From: a virus
Lineage: Duplodnaviria; Caudoviricetes
Length of the DNA: 64,000 nt
IMG/VR virus record: IMGVR_UViG_2818991472_000001
Span: 32,001 to 96,000 of that record
Direction: 5' to 3' (one strand)
Shown here in pieces: positions 1 through 9,490 of this stretch. The notes under the pieces were generated by a model. It did not search any database and was not told the DNA's origin. It was given only the letters and a program-made list of their open reading frames with translations. Each line of letters starts with the position of its first letter. Position 1 is the first letter of the stretch. Position numbers and translations under genes: made by a program.

Positions 1-400
1 GGGCTTCGGCCGGGACCGGCGGGAGCGCCGGTGCCGAGCCCGTTCCGCTGCCGGGGGCGGGCGTGGGAGCGGGCGGCGCGGTCTCCAGCCCGGCGGTCAC
101 CCGCAGCTCCTTGAGGGGCTTCTTGATCGCCGCCACGAGGTCCGGCACCGACGCGGCGACCTCGGCCTGGCTGGGCACGTCCGGCTGAACGGTGTGGGTG
201 GCGACGACGGGCAGCTTCTCCTGGAAGGTCCGCGTCTGGACGCGCGTCTGCAGCGAGACCCCGTCAGCTGCGACCTCCACGTTGGCTACAACGATCAGGT
301 TCGTCACCCAGGGCTCGTCCCCCCACACCTTGGCGATCTCGGTACCCAGCCACGTCTCGATGAGGCGTCCGGCCTCGACACGGTCCAACACGGTCAGCAT
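1..400 (-). CDS. Hypothetical virion-region protein, partial (runs off window)
   Basis: ATG at 400 (MLTVLDRVEAGRLIETWLG...), open to the window edge; follows the motif at 445-476. Confidence 0.7.
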   Translation of the reverse strand, partial: MLTVLDRVEAGRLIETWLGTEIAKVWGDEPWVTNLIVVANVEVAADGVSLQTRVQTRTFQEKLPVVATHTVQPDVPSQAEVAASVPDLVAAIKKPLKELRVTAGLETAPPAPTPAPGSGTGSAPALPPVPAEA

Positions 401-444
401 CTTGTTCCCCTTCTCCGGCCTGGGACAGTCAACGGACTCGTCCA

Positions 445-476
445 CCCCTTGAGCACCGCAGCACGGTCCGGGACAG
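445..476 (-). promoter_or_regulatory. Putative late promoter motif
   Basis: CTGT-N22-AAGGGG. Confidence 0.75.
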
Positions 477-478
477 GA

Positions 479-1339
479 TCAGTAGAAGCGGGTGGAGAAG
501 CGCGGCCTCGCAGCCGCCGACAGCGGGAACCGCGTCGGTCCGAACCGGCCGTACACCCCTCCGCTCGCCAGAACCCGGGGCCTGCCCAGCCCCATGTTCG
601 CGATCTTGAAGGTCTGGAGTTGGCTAGTAAGGACCGGCTCTTCGCCTGCCAGGATGTTCTGCCACCGGTCCATGTAGTCCCGCCGGTCGAACCGAGAGAC
701 GCCGGAGCCGGAGGAGAACTCGGGCTGCTCGACGTAGGAGCGCACCAGGTGGCGCAGGCACTCCACATACAAGGCCGACTCCAGCAGCGATCCCCACTGG
801 GTGACCGGGAAGCCCGCTCCGCCGTCACCGTCGATCGTGTAGGTCTGGTACGGCTGCGCCGTGGTGTTGAGCTTCCCCACCGCGATGCGCAGCAGCTGTG
901 CCACGCGGTTGCGGCCCCAGTTGGCCTGGACGTACGCCTGCAGGTGCGGACCGCCCACCTCGAAGTCGTAGAGGTCGACAAAGCGGATCATGACGCCCTC
1001 GACGATGGCCTTCATCGGATCGGCCAGCTTGTCGTAGTCCGGCGCGGAGGAGCCCACCTCGACGTCCAGGCGGTAGCTGTCGGGAGTGCCCGCCACCGTG
1101 TAGGTCCACAGCAGGTAGTAGTACCCGGGGGCGGCGGTCTCCGCGCTCGTCAGACGCACGGTGTACTCGCCGGGCCCACCGTGGTCAGCGGCCCGGGAGA
1201 AGACCTGGGCATTGGTCGTATCGTCGTGGGCCAGAACGACCGTCACTGGACCGTCTGCGTCACCAGGTTGGCCATCGCGGTGCACCAGGAGGCCGAAGGT
1301 CCCGGCGCCGTAGCGGGAGACGTAGGCGCGGTCGAGCAT
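479..1339 (-). CDS. Head-to-tail adaptor / neck protein (putative)
   Basis: C-terminal part of ORF 479..2500; true start MLDRAYVSRYG at 1339 overlaps the upstream stop (TGATG); SRFDRRDYMDRW motif recalled from Bxz1-like neck proteins; position after capsid genes. Confidence 0.6.
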   Translation of the reverse strand: MLDRAYVSRYGAGTFGLLVHRDGQPGDADGPVTVVLAHDDTTNAQVFSRAADHGGPGEYTVRLTSAETAAPGYYYLLWTYTVAGTPDSYRLDVEVGSSAPDYDKLADPMKAIVEGVMIRFVDLYDFEVGGPHLQAYVQANWGRNRVAQLLRIAVGKLNTTAQPYQTYTIDGDGGAGFPVTQWGSLLESALYVECLRHLVRSYVEQPEFSSGSGVSRFDRRDYMDRWQNILAGEEPVLTSQLQTFKIANMGLGRPRVLASGGVYGRFGPTRFPLSAAARPRFSTRFY

Positions 1340-1992
1340 CAGCTGTCCGTGTAGTTCGTCAGGATGCAGGCAGCCCGCACCGTGGGGAGCATGATCTGGC
1401 CGATCGGGGTCAGGTTGCCCGCGTGGACGCGCAGGCCGTACGTGGCTGTGCCGGGTACGACGTTGGCCGCGCCGATCGCCGCGCTGATCTCGCTGCGGTA
1501 GTACCCGGCGCCCCAGGGCGAGGTGTTGGGCATCACCTGCCAGTTCGTGCCCCCGCCGACGATGCAGTCGTTGCCGTTCACCTGAGGTGCGACCTCGTAA
1601 GTCATCGCCATGTCGCTGTAGCAGGCGACCTCGGTGGTGACGATTATGAAGAGTGTGCCAGGCCGGTTGATCTGGATGCTGCCGACGACGAAGGAGCCGC
1701 CAGCACCGCCGACGAAGGTCGTCCAGGGGCGCAGCCAGCCGATGAACAGCGGGGGCGCGGTCAGCGGCTCGCGCCACGAGGAGCCGTTCCAGATCAGCTC
1801 CCTGCGGGTGTCGCTCTCGATGATCTTCATCCCGGCCTGCGCAGCGCCCCAGCTCGGCCGGGTGCTGGAGGTGCAGATGTACGCGCCGGGGTAGGAGTCG
1901 ATCTTCCTGAAGTTGTCGTTGAAGTCCGACCGGAGGAAGGGATCGCTCCCGTCCCAGGTCTTCAGGCCCGTACGTGGTGTGCTCGCCGACAT
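1339..1992 (-). CDS. Virion structural protein (fibre/whisker-like)
   Basis: N-terminal TPRTGLKTW...FNDNFRKID motif typical of phage fibre N-termini; beta-rich C-terminus; GAGGAGGAG RBS. Confidence 0.55.
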   Translation of the reverse strand: MSASTPRTGLKTWDGSDPFLRSDFNDNFRKIDSYPGAYICTSSTRPSWGAAQAGMKIIESDTRRELIWNGSSWREPLTAPPLFIGWLRPWTTFVGGAGGSFVVGSIQINRPGTLFIIVTTEVACYSDMAMTYEVAPQVNGNDCIVGGGTNWQVMPNTSPWGAGYYRSEISAAIGAANVVPGTATYGLRVHAGNLTPIGQIMLPTVRAACILTNYTDS

Positions 1993-2019
1993 GGCGCTCC
2001 TCCTCGTCCTCCGCTACCA

Positions 2020-2051
2020 CCCCTTCCGGGGCGCTGAGGGAGTCTGGACAG
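2020..2051 (-). promoter_or_regulatory. Putative late promoter motif
   Basis: CTGT-N22-AAGGGG. Confidence 0.75.
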
Positions 2052-2089
2052 CACGGCGCCCCTCCCCCGGCCGGGGGAGGGGCGCCGTG
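2052..2089 (-). terminator. Perfect 38-bp palindrome, probable terminator
   Basis: CACGGCGCCCCTCCCCCGG/CCGGGGGAGGGGCGCCGTG just after the stop of 2101..3192. Confidence 0.7.
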
Positions 2090-2100
2090 GCGCAAGGGCT

Positions 2101-3192
2101 TCACGCCACGGTGTAGGAGGCGGACGGGGCGCTGAGCGCGTTCTGCAGCGCGCCGATCGCCTTGACGGTGAAGGTCACCTGGGCCGCCACCGTCAGGCCG
2201 GGTACGTTGGCCGAGACGACGGCACTGCCCACGTGGATGGTCTGCCCGGAGGACGCGGTGACGTCGTACCCGCCTGCCGGAGCCGGGGTGGAGGGGGCCC
2301 AGGACACTGTGGCCGTGCCCGCAGTCCCCTGGGGCGCGACGGTCGGCTGGCCCGGCAGAGTCGGCGCGCCCCACGATCCGGGGACAACCGTGCCGTCCTG
2401 ACGGTAGATCGGGTTCACGGCGTTGGCCGCTGTCAGCCCCCCCGCTGCCACTTCGTCGGAGTTGGTCGCCACCGCCCCGGACGCGGACCACGGCGACCAC
2501 GGGCCCGTACCGTTGCGGTTCTCCGCCCGTGCCCGGAAGAGGTAGCCCCGGCCGCCGACGACCTGGGTGAACCGAAGGGCCGTGGCGTTCCGACCGGCGT
2601 CAGCGTGGCCCCCGGTGTCGCTCTCGATCTCGTACCGCAGTACCGGGGCGTCGGCCGCTGGGTCTGCGACGGCCACCCACGTCACCACGATCGCCCGGTC
2701 CGCCCCTGCGAGGGTGGGGGCGGCCGGGGCCGCCGGGACCAGAACCGATCCCTTCGGCACGGCGCCGATCGACAGCGTCTCCACCGTCCCCGTCACCGGT
2801 GGGGCGTTCGGGTCCGGGCGCGTCGCGCCCTGGCCGTCCGTGGTCTTCAGATCCGTCCGGGTCGTGTCCAGCACGGACCCGGGCACCCCGGCAGCGTTCG
2901 GCTTCTGGTACTTCTGCTGGACGTCCACCACGGTTCCCAGCGTGGTCTCCCGCTGACCCGTCACAGCGGTGCTGGAGGGCTTCCAGCCGCCAGGCGCAGC
3001 TGCGACCCTCGCCACCCCGGTGGTGTCGACGAAGGACGCGGGGACAGGGCCCGTGGGGGCCTGCCCACGGGTACCGATCGCCCCGTCGGTTTCGACCACG
3101 GCCCCGGACGTGTCCGCCGTGGTCACCCGGGGACCGGTCTTGCCCGCGACGCCCTCGGTGTCGAGCGTGCTGGTCACATCACCGCTTGCCAC
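2101..3192 (-). CDS. Fibronectin type III domain virion protein
   Basis: Two FN3-like units (IVVTW...Y.FRARAENRNGTGPWS; TVSW...FTVKAIG...SAPS). Confidence 0.75.
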   Translation of the reverse strand: MASGDVTSTLDTEGVAGKTGPRVTTADTSGAVVETDGAIGTRGQAPTGPVPASFVDTTGVARVAAAPGGWKPSSTAVTGQRETTLGTVVDVQQKYQKPNAAGVPGSVLDTTRTDLKTTDGQGATRPDPNAPPVTGTVETLSIGAVPKGSVLVPAAPAAPTLAGADRAIVVTWVAVADPAADAPVLRYEIESDTGGHADAGRNATALRFTQVVGGRGYLFRARAENRNGTGPWSPWSASGAVATNSDEVAAGGLTAANAVNPIYRQDGTVVPGSWGAPTLPGQPTVAPQGTAGTATVSWAPSTPAPAGGYDVTASSGQTIHVGSAVVSANVPGLTVAAQVTFTVKAIGALQNALSAPSASYTVA

Positions 3193-3195
3193 CCC

Positions 3196-3543
3196 TTACT
3201 CCTCACCCTGAGCGCCGCGACGGCGAGTCCGCTTGGCCGGTGTCGCGGGGGCCTCGGCCTCGGCAGCCATCGGCGCCTCGGACTCCTCCTCAACGGTCTC
3301 CGGGACCTCCGGGTCGGATTCCGGGCCGTCCTGCTCCACAGCTTCCGGGTTGCCGCCCTCGGAGTCGCCGTTCTCCACGGGATCGAGGGCGCCCTCCAGG
3401 AGGGGCTCCGGCACGGCATCGGGCAGCTGTACCGGACCTGAGAACGCGGTGGACACGGCGGTCAGATCACCGTGCTCCCCCGCTCCCACGCCGCTCGTGT
3501 CGAGCGTGCCGCTGACCAGAAGCATCTGCTCGTAGTTGCTCAC
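3196..3543 (-). CDS. Small acidic protein with basic C-terminal tail
   Basis: Co-oriented and tightly packed; E-rich, ends PAKRTRRRG. Confidence 0.65.
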   Translation of the reverse strand: MSNYEQMLLVSGTLDTSGVGAGEHGDLTAVSTAFSGPVQLPDAVPEPLLEGALDPVENGDSEGGNPEAVEQDGPESDPEVPETVEEESEAPMAAEAEAPATPAKRTRRRGAQGEE

Positions 3544-3546
3544 GGA

Positions 3547-3915
3547 CTACTCCTTGACCAGCGGGCGGATGATGACCGGGATGCTCTGGACGACCGGCTT
3601 GCCCTCCTCGTCGAAGACCACTCGCTGCGCCGTCAGCTCGGCGTTGGCCTTCTTCGGGTTCCCCTGGCACACGAGGACGCGGGCGAGCGGGTCGGCCGGG
3701 TCCAGGTCGTCCGCGATGAGCAGGCCCTTGCGGACGGCGGCGGTCGTGGCCGGGAGGCTCGCGATCTCCCGGGTGACCCAGTGCTGGTCGCCGCCGTTCT
3801 CGTCCCCGGCGCCCTCGAAGCGAAGGAAGAAGTCGGGCCGCTCGGGGTTGGGGGTGAGCACGGTGACCCCGGAGCTGGGGTTGCGGAGCTGGATCTGCTG
3901 CTGGACGAACGACAT
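3547..3915 (-). CDS. Hypothetical head-region protein
   Basis: GGAGGA RBS, late motif upstream, globular-looking sequence. Confidence 0.75.
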   Translation of the reverse strand: MSFVQQQIQLRNPSSGVTVLTPNPERPDFFLRFEGAGDENGGDQHWVTREIASLPATTAAVRKGLLIADDLDPADPLARVLVCQGNPKKANAELTAQRVVFDEEGKPVVQSIPVIIRPLVKE

Positions 3916-3945
3916 CTCGGTCCTCCCAGGTGGTTGTGTCGGTCA

Positions 3946-3977
3946 CCCCTTGCGTGCGGCTGGGTCGGGGAAGACAG
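3946..3977 (-). promoter_or_regulatory. Putative late promoter motif
   Basis: CTGT-N22-AAGGGG. Confidence 0.75.
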
Positions 3978-3978
3978 C

Positions 3979-4015
3979 AGCGGGCCCCCTGGTGGGAGGT
4001 ACCAGGGGGCCCGCT
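3979..4015 (-). terminator. Hairpin downstream of the major capsid gene
   Basis: AGCGGGCCCCCTGGT...ACCAGGGGGCCCGCT inverted repeat. Confidence 0.65.
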
Positions 4016-4123
4016 ATCGGAGGGTTTCCGGCCTTAGTGGCCCGCTCGGGGCCCCACCACAAAGCCCTTTTCCATTCCTCGGATAAATGGGAGCGGATAA
4101 GGCCAGATTCCGTGGCTCATTTA

Positions 4124-5122
4124 CTACTGCTTTACCACCTGGGCCAGGCCGCGCGGGTTCAGGATGGCGAAGCTAACCATCTCGTCGAAAACCCAGCCCT
4201 TCCAGAAGGACTCGACCTTGTGGTTTTCCTCGACGTCCAGGGAGTAGAGGACGGGGAAAACCCCCAGGAAGTTCGGCTCGGGGGTGAGGAACATCTTTCC
4301 CTGGGGAATGACGATGCTCCGCTGGATCTGGAACTCGCCGAAGGAGGTAATGGTCTCCCCGGCCACCACACGGTCCTTGAAAGCCCAGCCCGTTTGGTTG
4401 ATGTCCCACCGGTACATGTCCCGGAAGTCCATCGGGTTGATGAGAATTCGGGAGGACTGCAGCTCGTGCATGTCGGTCATGGAGACCGCGCTGTAGAAGC
4501 TGCCCGGGGTGAGGTAGCCGGATGCCTCGGTGATCGTGTGGTTGGGGGTAACCACGTGGTCAGCGCGACCGGCGTAGTCCGTGATGGCGGCCTGGAGGAT
4601 CGCGATCAGGCGCGAATCCTCCTGCTTGAGAATTGCCTGCTTGGTTTCGTCCTGCGCCTGCTCGACGACGTTGATTCGCAAGTAGAAAAGGTCTTCCTTG
4701 CGAATTGCCGGGCGGGCGGCAATTCGGAAGAACTTCACGTCGACGCGCTTGCCCTCGAAGGGCGTGATCTTGACTTCGCCCTCGGTCCCGGACATCAGGT
4801 AAGCCTGGCCGAGATCATCCCAGACGTCATACTGGACCGGCGTCCCGGGCGTCACCGGGTCCTCCATGAGGACATTCCTGGTGATTCCCTGGTAGCGCAG
4901 CTTGAGCTGAATCGGGCCGATCATGCCGACACCGAGACGCTTGATGCCGTTGTTTTCGTCCTGAACCACCAGAGCGAGGCGCTTTACCTTCGCTTCATGG
5001 GTGATCGGCGCGGCACCGGCCTTCTGGCTGTTCTCCAGCATCTCGGCGACGTAGGAATCCGAACGCCGGGAGGTGGAGCCCTTCTTGTGCAGCGGGCCAC
5101 CGCTGAGCACGGAAGTGGACAT
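4124..5122 (-). CDS. Major capsid protein (Bxz1/cluster C-like)
   Basis: Motifs MIGPIQLKLRYQG, YDVWDDLGQAY, ITPFEGKR, QEDSRL match my recollection of cluster C mycobacteriophage MCP; 332 aa; follows scaffold and decoration genes. Confidence 0.9.
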   Translation of the reverse strand: MSTSVLSGGPLHKKGSTSRRSDSYVAEMLENSQKAGAAPITHEAKVKRLALVVQDENNGIKRLGVGMIGPIQLKLRYQGITRNVLMEDPVTPGTPVQYDVWDDLGQAYLMSGTEGEVKITPFEGKRVDVKFFRIAARPAIRKEDLFYLRINVVEQAQDETKQAILKQEDSRLIAILQAAITDYAGRADHVVTPNHTITEASGYLTPGSFYSAVSMTDMHELQSSRILINPMDFRDMYRWDINQTGWAFKDRVVAGETITSFGEFQIQRSIVIPQGKMFLTPEPNFLGVFPVLYSLDVEENHKVESFWKGWVFDEMVSFAILNPRGLAQVVKQ

Positions 5123-5156
5123 GTTTTTGTGAATTCCTTTCCGCTTGCTCGCGCGG

Positions 5157-5660
5157 TTAGCGCAGGCCGCCGATGGTGATCTTCGAGGGGCTGTTGACCT
5201 TCAGCAGGCGCGCGATCGGCAGCGCCGAGGCACCGGCGGTTCCGGCGGGCACGAGCTTGCCCCGGGTGGCACCGGTGGTCTGGGCGTAGATGAGCTTCTC
5301 CGTGCCGTCACCGACCTCGGTCCAGGTGCCGAGGGAGTCGTCGAACGCGGGGCTGAGGACCTCGAACTCGGCGTCCGGCGCCAGCACCCACACCGCCATG
5401 GCGTTGAGGCCCACTTCGAGCAGCTCGTCGATGCCGTCCCCGCCGATGTAGTGGCCGATGAAGCCGTACGGAGCACCGGTGGCGTTGATGAGGGTGGCCT
5501 GCTCACCGACCGTCTTCATGGCGACCATGCCGGGCCAGATCGGCACGCTGCGGTCCCACGCGGGGTCCAGGAACATGGTCTTGGGGGTGCTCTGCGTGAA
5601 GCCGTAGAGCTGGCGAAACGTCCGCTTCAGGTGGGCCGTGGCGAGACGAGTCCTGATCAT
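5157..5660 (-). CDS. Capsid decoration / minor head protein
   Basis: 167 aa directly upstream of MCP; KRTFRQLY, PGMV, GIDE motifs as in the equivalent Bxz1-like gene. Confidence 0.75.
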   Translation of the reverse strand: MIRTRLATAHLKRTFRQLYGFTQSTPKTMFLDPAWDRSVPIWPGMVAMKTVGEQATLINATGAPYGFIGHYIGGDGIDELLEVGLNAMAVWVLAPDAEFEVLSPAFDDSLGTWTEVGDGTEKLIYAQTTGATRGKLVPAGTAGASALPIARLLKVNSPSKITIGGLR

Positions 5661-5747
5661 CCTGGGGAGTCCTCTCCTTATGACTCGGACATGTACGGCT
5701 CCCCGGGTGGCCGGTGGGCCTGGTGGAGTGGAAGAAGCCGTTCCTCA

Positions 5748-5779
5748 CCCCTTGCGAGAGCCGCAGAGCCCGCAGACAG
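5748..5779 (-). promoter_or_regulatory. Putative late promoter motif (decoration-MCP)
   Basis: CTGT-N22-AAGGGG. Confidence 0.75.
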
Positions 5780-5855
5780 GGACCAGGGCCACGGAATTTC
5801 CCCACGAACGGACGGAGGCCCCCAGCACCTGCTCGCCGGGGGCCTCGTGCGCGGA

Positions 5856-6767
5856 TCAGAGCCCGGCGAGATCCGAGGCGGACAGGAAGAGCATCGAGTC
5901 GTCGACGGACGACCCCTCCGGGCTCAGCGGCATCGGCGCGGACGCCATCGACGGGGCCGTGCGGGTGCTCGCGGAGCGGCGCGGCACCGCCTCGGGGCTC
6001 GGCACCCGGGACGCCGCCTTCACCACACCGTCGAGGGTCCGGATCTCGTGCTCGATCACCTCACCGGTCATCCCGGTGTCCGACTGGATCGACGCCGCCA
6101 GCGAGATGTCGTCGCCCGACGCGAGGCCAGCGTTGATGCGCAGCCGGGCCAGACGCAGCGACGCCGCGAACCGGCCCTCCAGCGCGGCGTGGCGCGCCCC
6201 CTGGCCCATCTCCCCGTCGCTCGGCGGCGCGGAGTTGGAGCGGTTCTCGGAGATCGTCCAGGGGAACGCCACCTCCGGCTGCATCGGGTCACCGACCCGC
6301 ACATCCGTCTCGATCCGGGTCTGCTCCGGGCTCAGCTCCCCGGGCTGGGTGCCCACGGTCGGAGCGGTGACGTCGACCAGGTTGGTGTACGGCTGGGTCG
6401 GCAGCGTGCCACCGGGGTTGATCGCCACGTCGGTGGCCGCTGCCGGAACGCCGCTGGTCGACCCCGGCGTCTGCCCCGGAGAGCGGACGTCGTCGTAGGT
6501 GGCCGGGGTGACCGCCTGCTCGGTGGTCTCCGTGGCGGCCTGCGACGCCGGGTCTGGCCAGGGCTGCGCCGGGTTGTTCACGTCGGCCACCTTGGCGATC
6601 TCGTCGGTGATGCCCGCGAGCCGGGCGATCATCGCGATCTGCTGCCTCTGCGCGGCCAGTTCACGGGCCTGGGCCTGGATCACGGCGCCCTGCTGGCCTA
6701 CCGTGGCGCGCAGCTGGTCCAGGACCGTCTGCTGCGCCGCGACAGCGGTCATGAGCGGTCGGCTCAT
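5856..6767 (-). CDS. Scaffolding protein (putative)
   Basis: Start MSRPLM at 6767; N-terminal coiled coil, low complexity; between protease and decoration/MCP. Confidence 0.65.
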   Translation of the reverse strand: MSRPLMTAVAAQQTVLDQLRATVGQQGAVIQAQARELAAQRQQIAMIARLAGITDEIAKVADVNNPAQPWPDPASQAATETTEQAVTPATYDDVRSPGQTPGSTSGVPAAATDVAINPGGTLPTQPYTNLVDVTAPTVGTQPGELSPEQTRIETDVRVGDPMQPEVAFPWTISENRSNSAPPSDGEMGQGARHAALEGRFAASLRLARLRINAGLASGDDISLAASIQSDTGMTGEVIEHEIRTLDGVVKAASRVPSPEAVPRRSASTRTAPSMASAPMPLSPEGSSVDDSMLFLSASDLAGL

Positions 6768-6830
6768 AGCTACTGGGTCTCCTTCGCTGTGCGGACCGCT
6801 CCCGGCGTCTGCCGTAGCGGTGGTGCCTCG

Positions 6831-6861
6831 CCCCTTCATCGCCGGACGGGCATCGCGACAG
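6831..6861 (-). promoter_or_regulatory. Putative late promoter motif (scaffold)
   Basis: CTGT-N21-AAGGGG. Confidence 0.65.
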
Positions 6862-9226
6862 GAGGCGGGACCGAGTCGGCCCCCTGCAGTTCGGCCGGGG
6901 TGAGCAGCTGGGCCTGGCCGCAGTTGGGGCAGACGTCGCCCGCCACGGTGCCGTCAGCCGCCGCCATCGGATCGCCCATGTTCTGGCTGGTCGGCAGCGT
7001 GGCTGCCGCCTGGAACCCGCAGCTCGGGCACATCAGGTCCGGCACCGAGTCCCCCGGAGTGCCGGGCATCGCCATCTCGGCCTCCGCCCGGTCCTCTTCA
7101 GGGGGCAGCACGTCCGGGCCCTCGGGCTCCTCCGGCCGGTCCGGCATGTCCGGACCCGGGGTGAAGGGATCACCGGTGTGGTCCTGCGCCCTCCACGGAA
7201 GCACCCGGGGCGTTGCCTGCCCCCCGGCCTCGGGCGGGATGACCTCGCCGTCCAGGCCGATCTCGTCGGGCTGGACGATGCCATCGCCGTTCCCGTCGAC
7301 CGCTGTCGGGGCGCCGTTGAGCTGCGTTCCATCCAGGGCCTGGCCCGAGGGCAGTACCTGGCCGTCCGGCCCGATCATCGAGGGGTCGACGGCCTGTCCG
7401 CCGGTCGGATCGGCGAGCGGGTCGCGCGGGTCCAGCGTGCCGTCGCCGTCCGGGCCGCCGACCGGGGTGAGCGTGCCGTCGTCGTCGACCATGCTGGGGT
7501 CGACGACCTGCTTGCGGAGGTCGAGCTGCTTGGCCATGTCGAGGTCGGGATCGCGGAACTGCTGCGGCGGGCTGATGAACCCACAGATGCGGCACATCTC
7601 CCCGTCGTAGGTGACGGAGTCGCCGCACACCGGGCAGGAGTCCTCCCGCAAGGTGTCCACGTCAGCCGGGGCCTTCGTCTCGCCGTACGCCAGGTGCTGT
7701 CGGGCAGTGTGGGAGTTGTCCTCGGCCTTGAGCTGCGGAACGTGCTCGCTCGACAGCCCGCGCCACTTCTCCCGCTGGTTGCGCATGTTGGTCTGGCGGC
7801 CCTTGCCGCCCGGCGAGGATGCGTCCTCATCGGCGTTCAGGCGCTGGCGCACAAGCCAGGTGGTGGCCTGCACCTCGTGCGGGGCGACGGTGCGCCCCTC
7901 GGAGCCGGAGATCTGCGCGGCGGCCGTGCGGTACTGCTGGGCGGCGTGCTCGTAGTAGTGCCGGGAGCCGCTCGGGAACTCGCCGCCCTCCTCTGAGCCG
8001 ACCCGGCGTCCGGCCGCCACGGAGAGCGCGTGCCGGTCGACGACCACCCGGTGCGAGTGGGCGGGCGGCGTGCCGCTGGCCTTCTCCTCGTCGGTCTGGG
8101 GCTCGTAGCCGCCGTGCTCGATCAGGTGGGCGAAGTCCTGCGTCTTCGGGCCCTTGAGGGCCTTCTGGTGGTGCTCGCCGTCCATGATCTTTTGGGCAGC
8201 GTTGGCGTGCGAGCCCATGATCATCAGGCCCTCGCCCTTGCCGAGGGCCCGCTGCTCGACGAAGGACCTCGCGGCGTTGTGCATGTTCGCCCACCAGTTC
8301 TGCTGGGGCGAGTACGCGGAGAGGACGCCCGCGCCCTTGTGGGCGGCCTCGGCGTCGTCGGTGATGTCGGGGTTCAGCTTGGCGATGGCCTTGGCCACGT
8401 GGTGCGCGTCGGGGTACCACCGGGCGCCCTGGGTCTTCTCCTCGTCGGTGGCCTGGTTCCAGTGGTCGACGATGTGGCTGTGGTGCAGCGGCACCTTCTT
8501 GTAGAAGGGGTGGTCCGCCGGGTTCTGGAACTGCGGGGCGGCGGCCTCGGCCTGGAGGCCCGCCGCCTTGCCCAGACCGGAGGCGTCGACCCCGAGGAAG
8601 TGCGCGGTCGGGTCGGCGGGCGGCTCGACCAAGAGGGAGTTCTCGAAGAAGCCCAGCCCGAAGCAGACCTCGCGGATCAGCTCTCCGACCCGCTGCCCGG
8701 AAGCGGTGTGCCGGTAGATCCGCTGGCCCTTGGAGCGAGGGATGTGCTGGCAGTACTCGGCCGGGGTGGTGGCGCGGTTGCCGCACGCGCTGCAGACCGA
8801 GTAGGCGACGTCGCAGCCCATCGAGGTGCGGTCGACGTCGCCGTCCAGGATGGCCTTGGCCAGCTTGGGGAACCTGCGTGCGTCGACTTCCATAAGAACT
8901 TCACACCAGGTGTCCGGTGTGCCGTCGGGGTTGCGGTCCTCGTGGAGCGCCGCGTCGATGACCACCCCTCGGGCTCGGCGGTGGTCGCTGTTCTCGTGGT
9001 TGACGAATACCGGCTTGCCGACGAATGTCTTATAAGCGGCCTTGATCTCTTCTGCGGGGAATTCGTCGAAGTTGTCGTTGCATCGCGAGCTGATGGCCCG
9101 GGACCGGACGTAGAGGTATCCCGGGCGTGCTGTGTACTCGAACGTGTGACGGTGGGCCTGCTTCGGCAGGCGCGCAGTGCCGTCGAGCTGGGCCGCGAGG
9201 ATCGTGGCAGCGGCGTACTTCCGCAC
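6836..9226 (-). CDS. Capsid maturation protease with Zn ribbons and an inserted HhH-glycosylase-like domain
   Basis: GTG start at 9226 with GGAGG RBS; N.D.F, FVGKPVFVNH, TSMGC, CSACG, FFENS..V.PPAD protease motifs; several CPxCG ribbons. Confidence 0.8.
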   Translation of the reverse strand: MRKYAAATILAAQLDGTARLPKQAHRHTFEYTARPGYLYVRSRAISSRCNDNFDEFPAEEIKAAYKTFVGKPVFVNHENSDHRRARGVVIDAALHEDRNPDGTPDTWCEVLMEVDARRFPKLAKAILDGDVDRTSMGCDVAYSVCSACGNRATTPAEYCQHIPRSKGQRIYRHTASGQRVGELIREVCFGLGFFENSLLVEPPADPTAHFLGVDASGLGKAAGLQAEAAAPQFQNPADHPFYKKVPLHHSHIVDHWNQATDEEKTQGARWYPDAHHVAKAIAKLNPDITDDAEAAHKGAGVLSAYSPQQNWWANMHNAARSFVEQRALGKGEGLMIMGSHANAAQKIMDGEHHQKALKGPKTQDFAHLIEHGGYEPQTDEEKASGTPPAHSHRVVVDRHALSVAAGRRVGSEEGGEFPSGSRHYYEHAAQQYRTAAAQISGSEGRTVAPHEVQATTWLVRQRLNADEDASSPGGKGRQTNMRNQREKWRGLSSEHVPQLKAEDNSHTARQHLAYGETKAPADVDTLREDSCPVCGDSVTYDGEMCRICGFISPPQQFRDPDLDMAKQLDLRKQVVDPSMVDDDGTLTPVGGPDGDGTLDPRDPLADPTGGQAVDPSMIGPDGQVLPSGQALDGTQLNGAPTAVDGNGDGIVQPDEIGLDGEVIPPEAGGQATPRVLPWRAQDHTGDPFTPGPDMPDRPEEPEGPDVLPPEEDRAEAEMAMPGTPGDSVPDLMCPSCGFQAAATLPTSQNMGDPMAAADGTVAGDVCPNCGQAQLLTPAELQGADSVPPPVAMPVRR

Positions 9227-9259
9227 GGTGATGGGCCTCCCGGGCTTGTCGGGGTCTCG

Positions 9260-9291
9260 CCCCTTCCGGTCCTGGGAGGCCGTGCAGACAG
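9260..9291 (-). promoter_or_regulatory. Putative late promoter motif (protease)
   Basis: CTGT-N22-AAGGGG. Confidence 0.75.
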
Positions 9292-9490
9292 CGTCCGGCA
9301 ATTTTTAACCCGCGAGATGGCGCGTACACGGGGAGTTCTGCCTTAACCTCTGTATGAGCCAGCCTTAATCCATCTCGCGGTAGAGTGTCTTTTGCGACAT
9401 GTGTACTGCCGTGCCGCCAACGCGATCTGATGCACTGTCAGCTTCTGCGAGAGATAGCCCGCGCCGGTCTGCGGGTAGTTGAAATAGGAA

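Noticed and set aside
1340-2500. N-terminal extension of ORF 479..2500
   Set aside because: Out-of-frame overlap with two real genes; no slippery site noticed; coupled ATG at 1339
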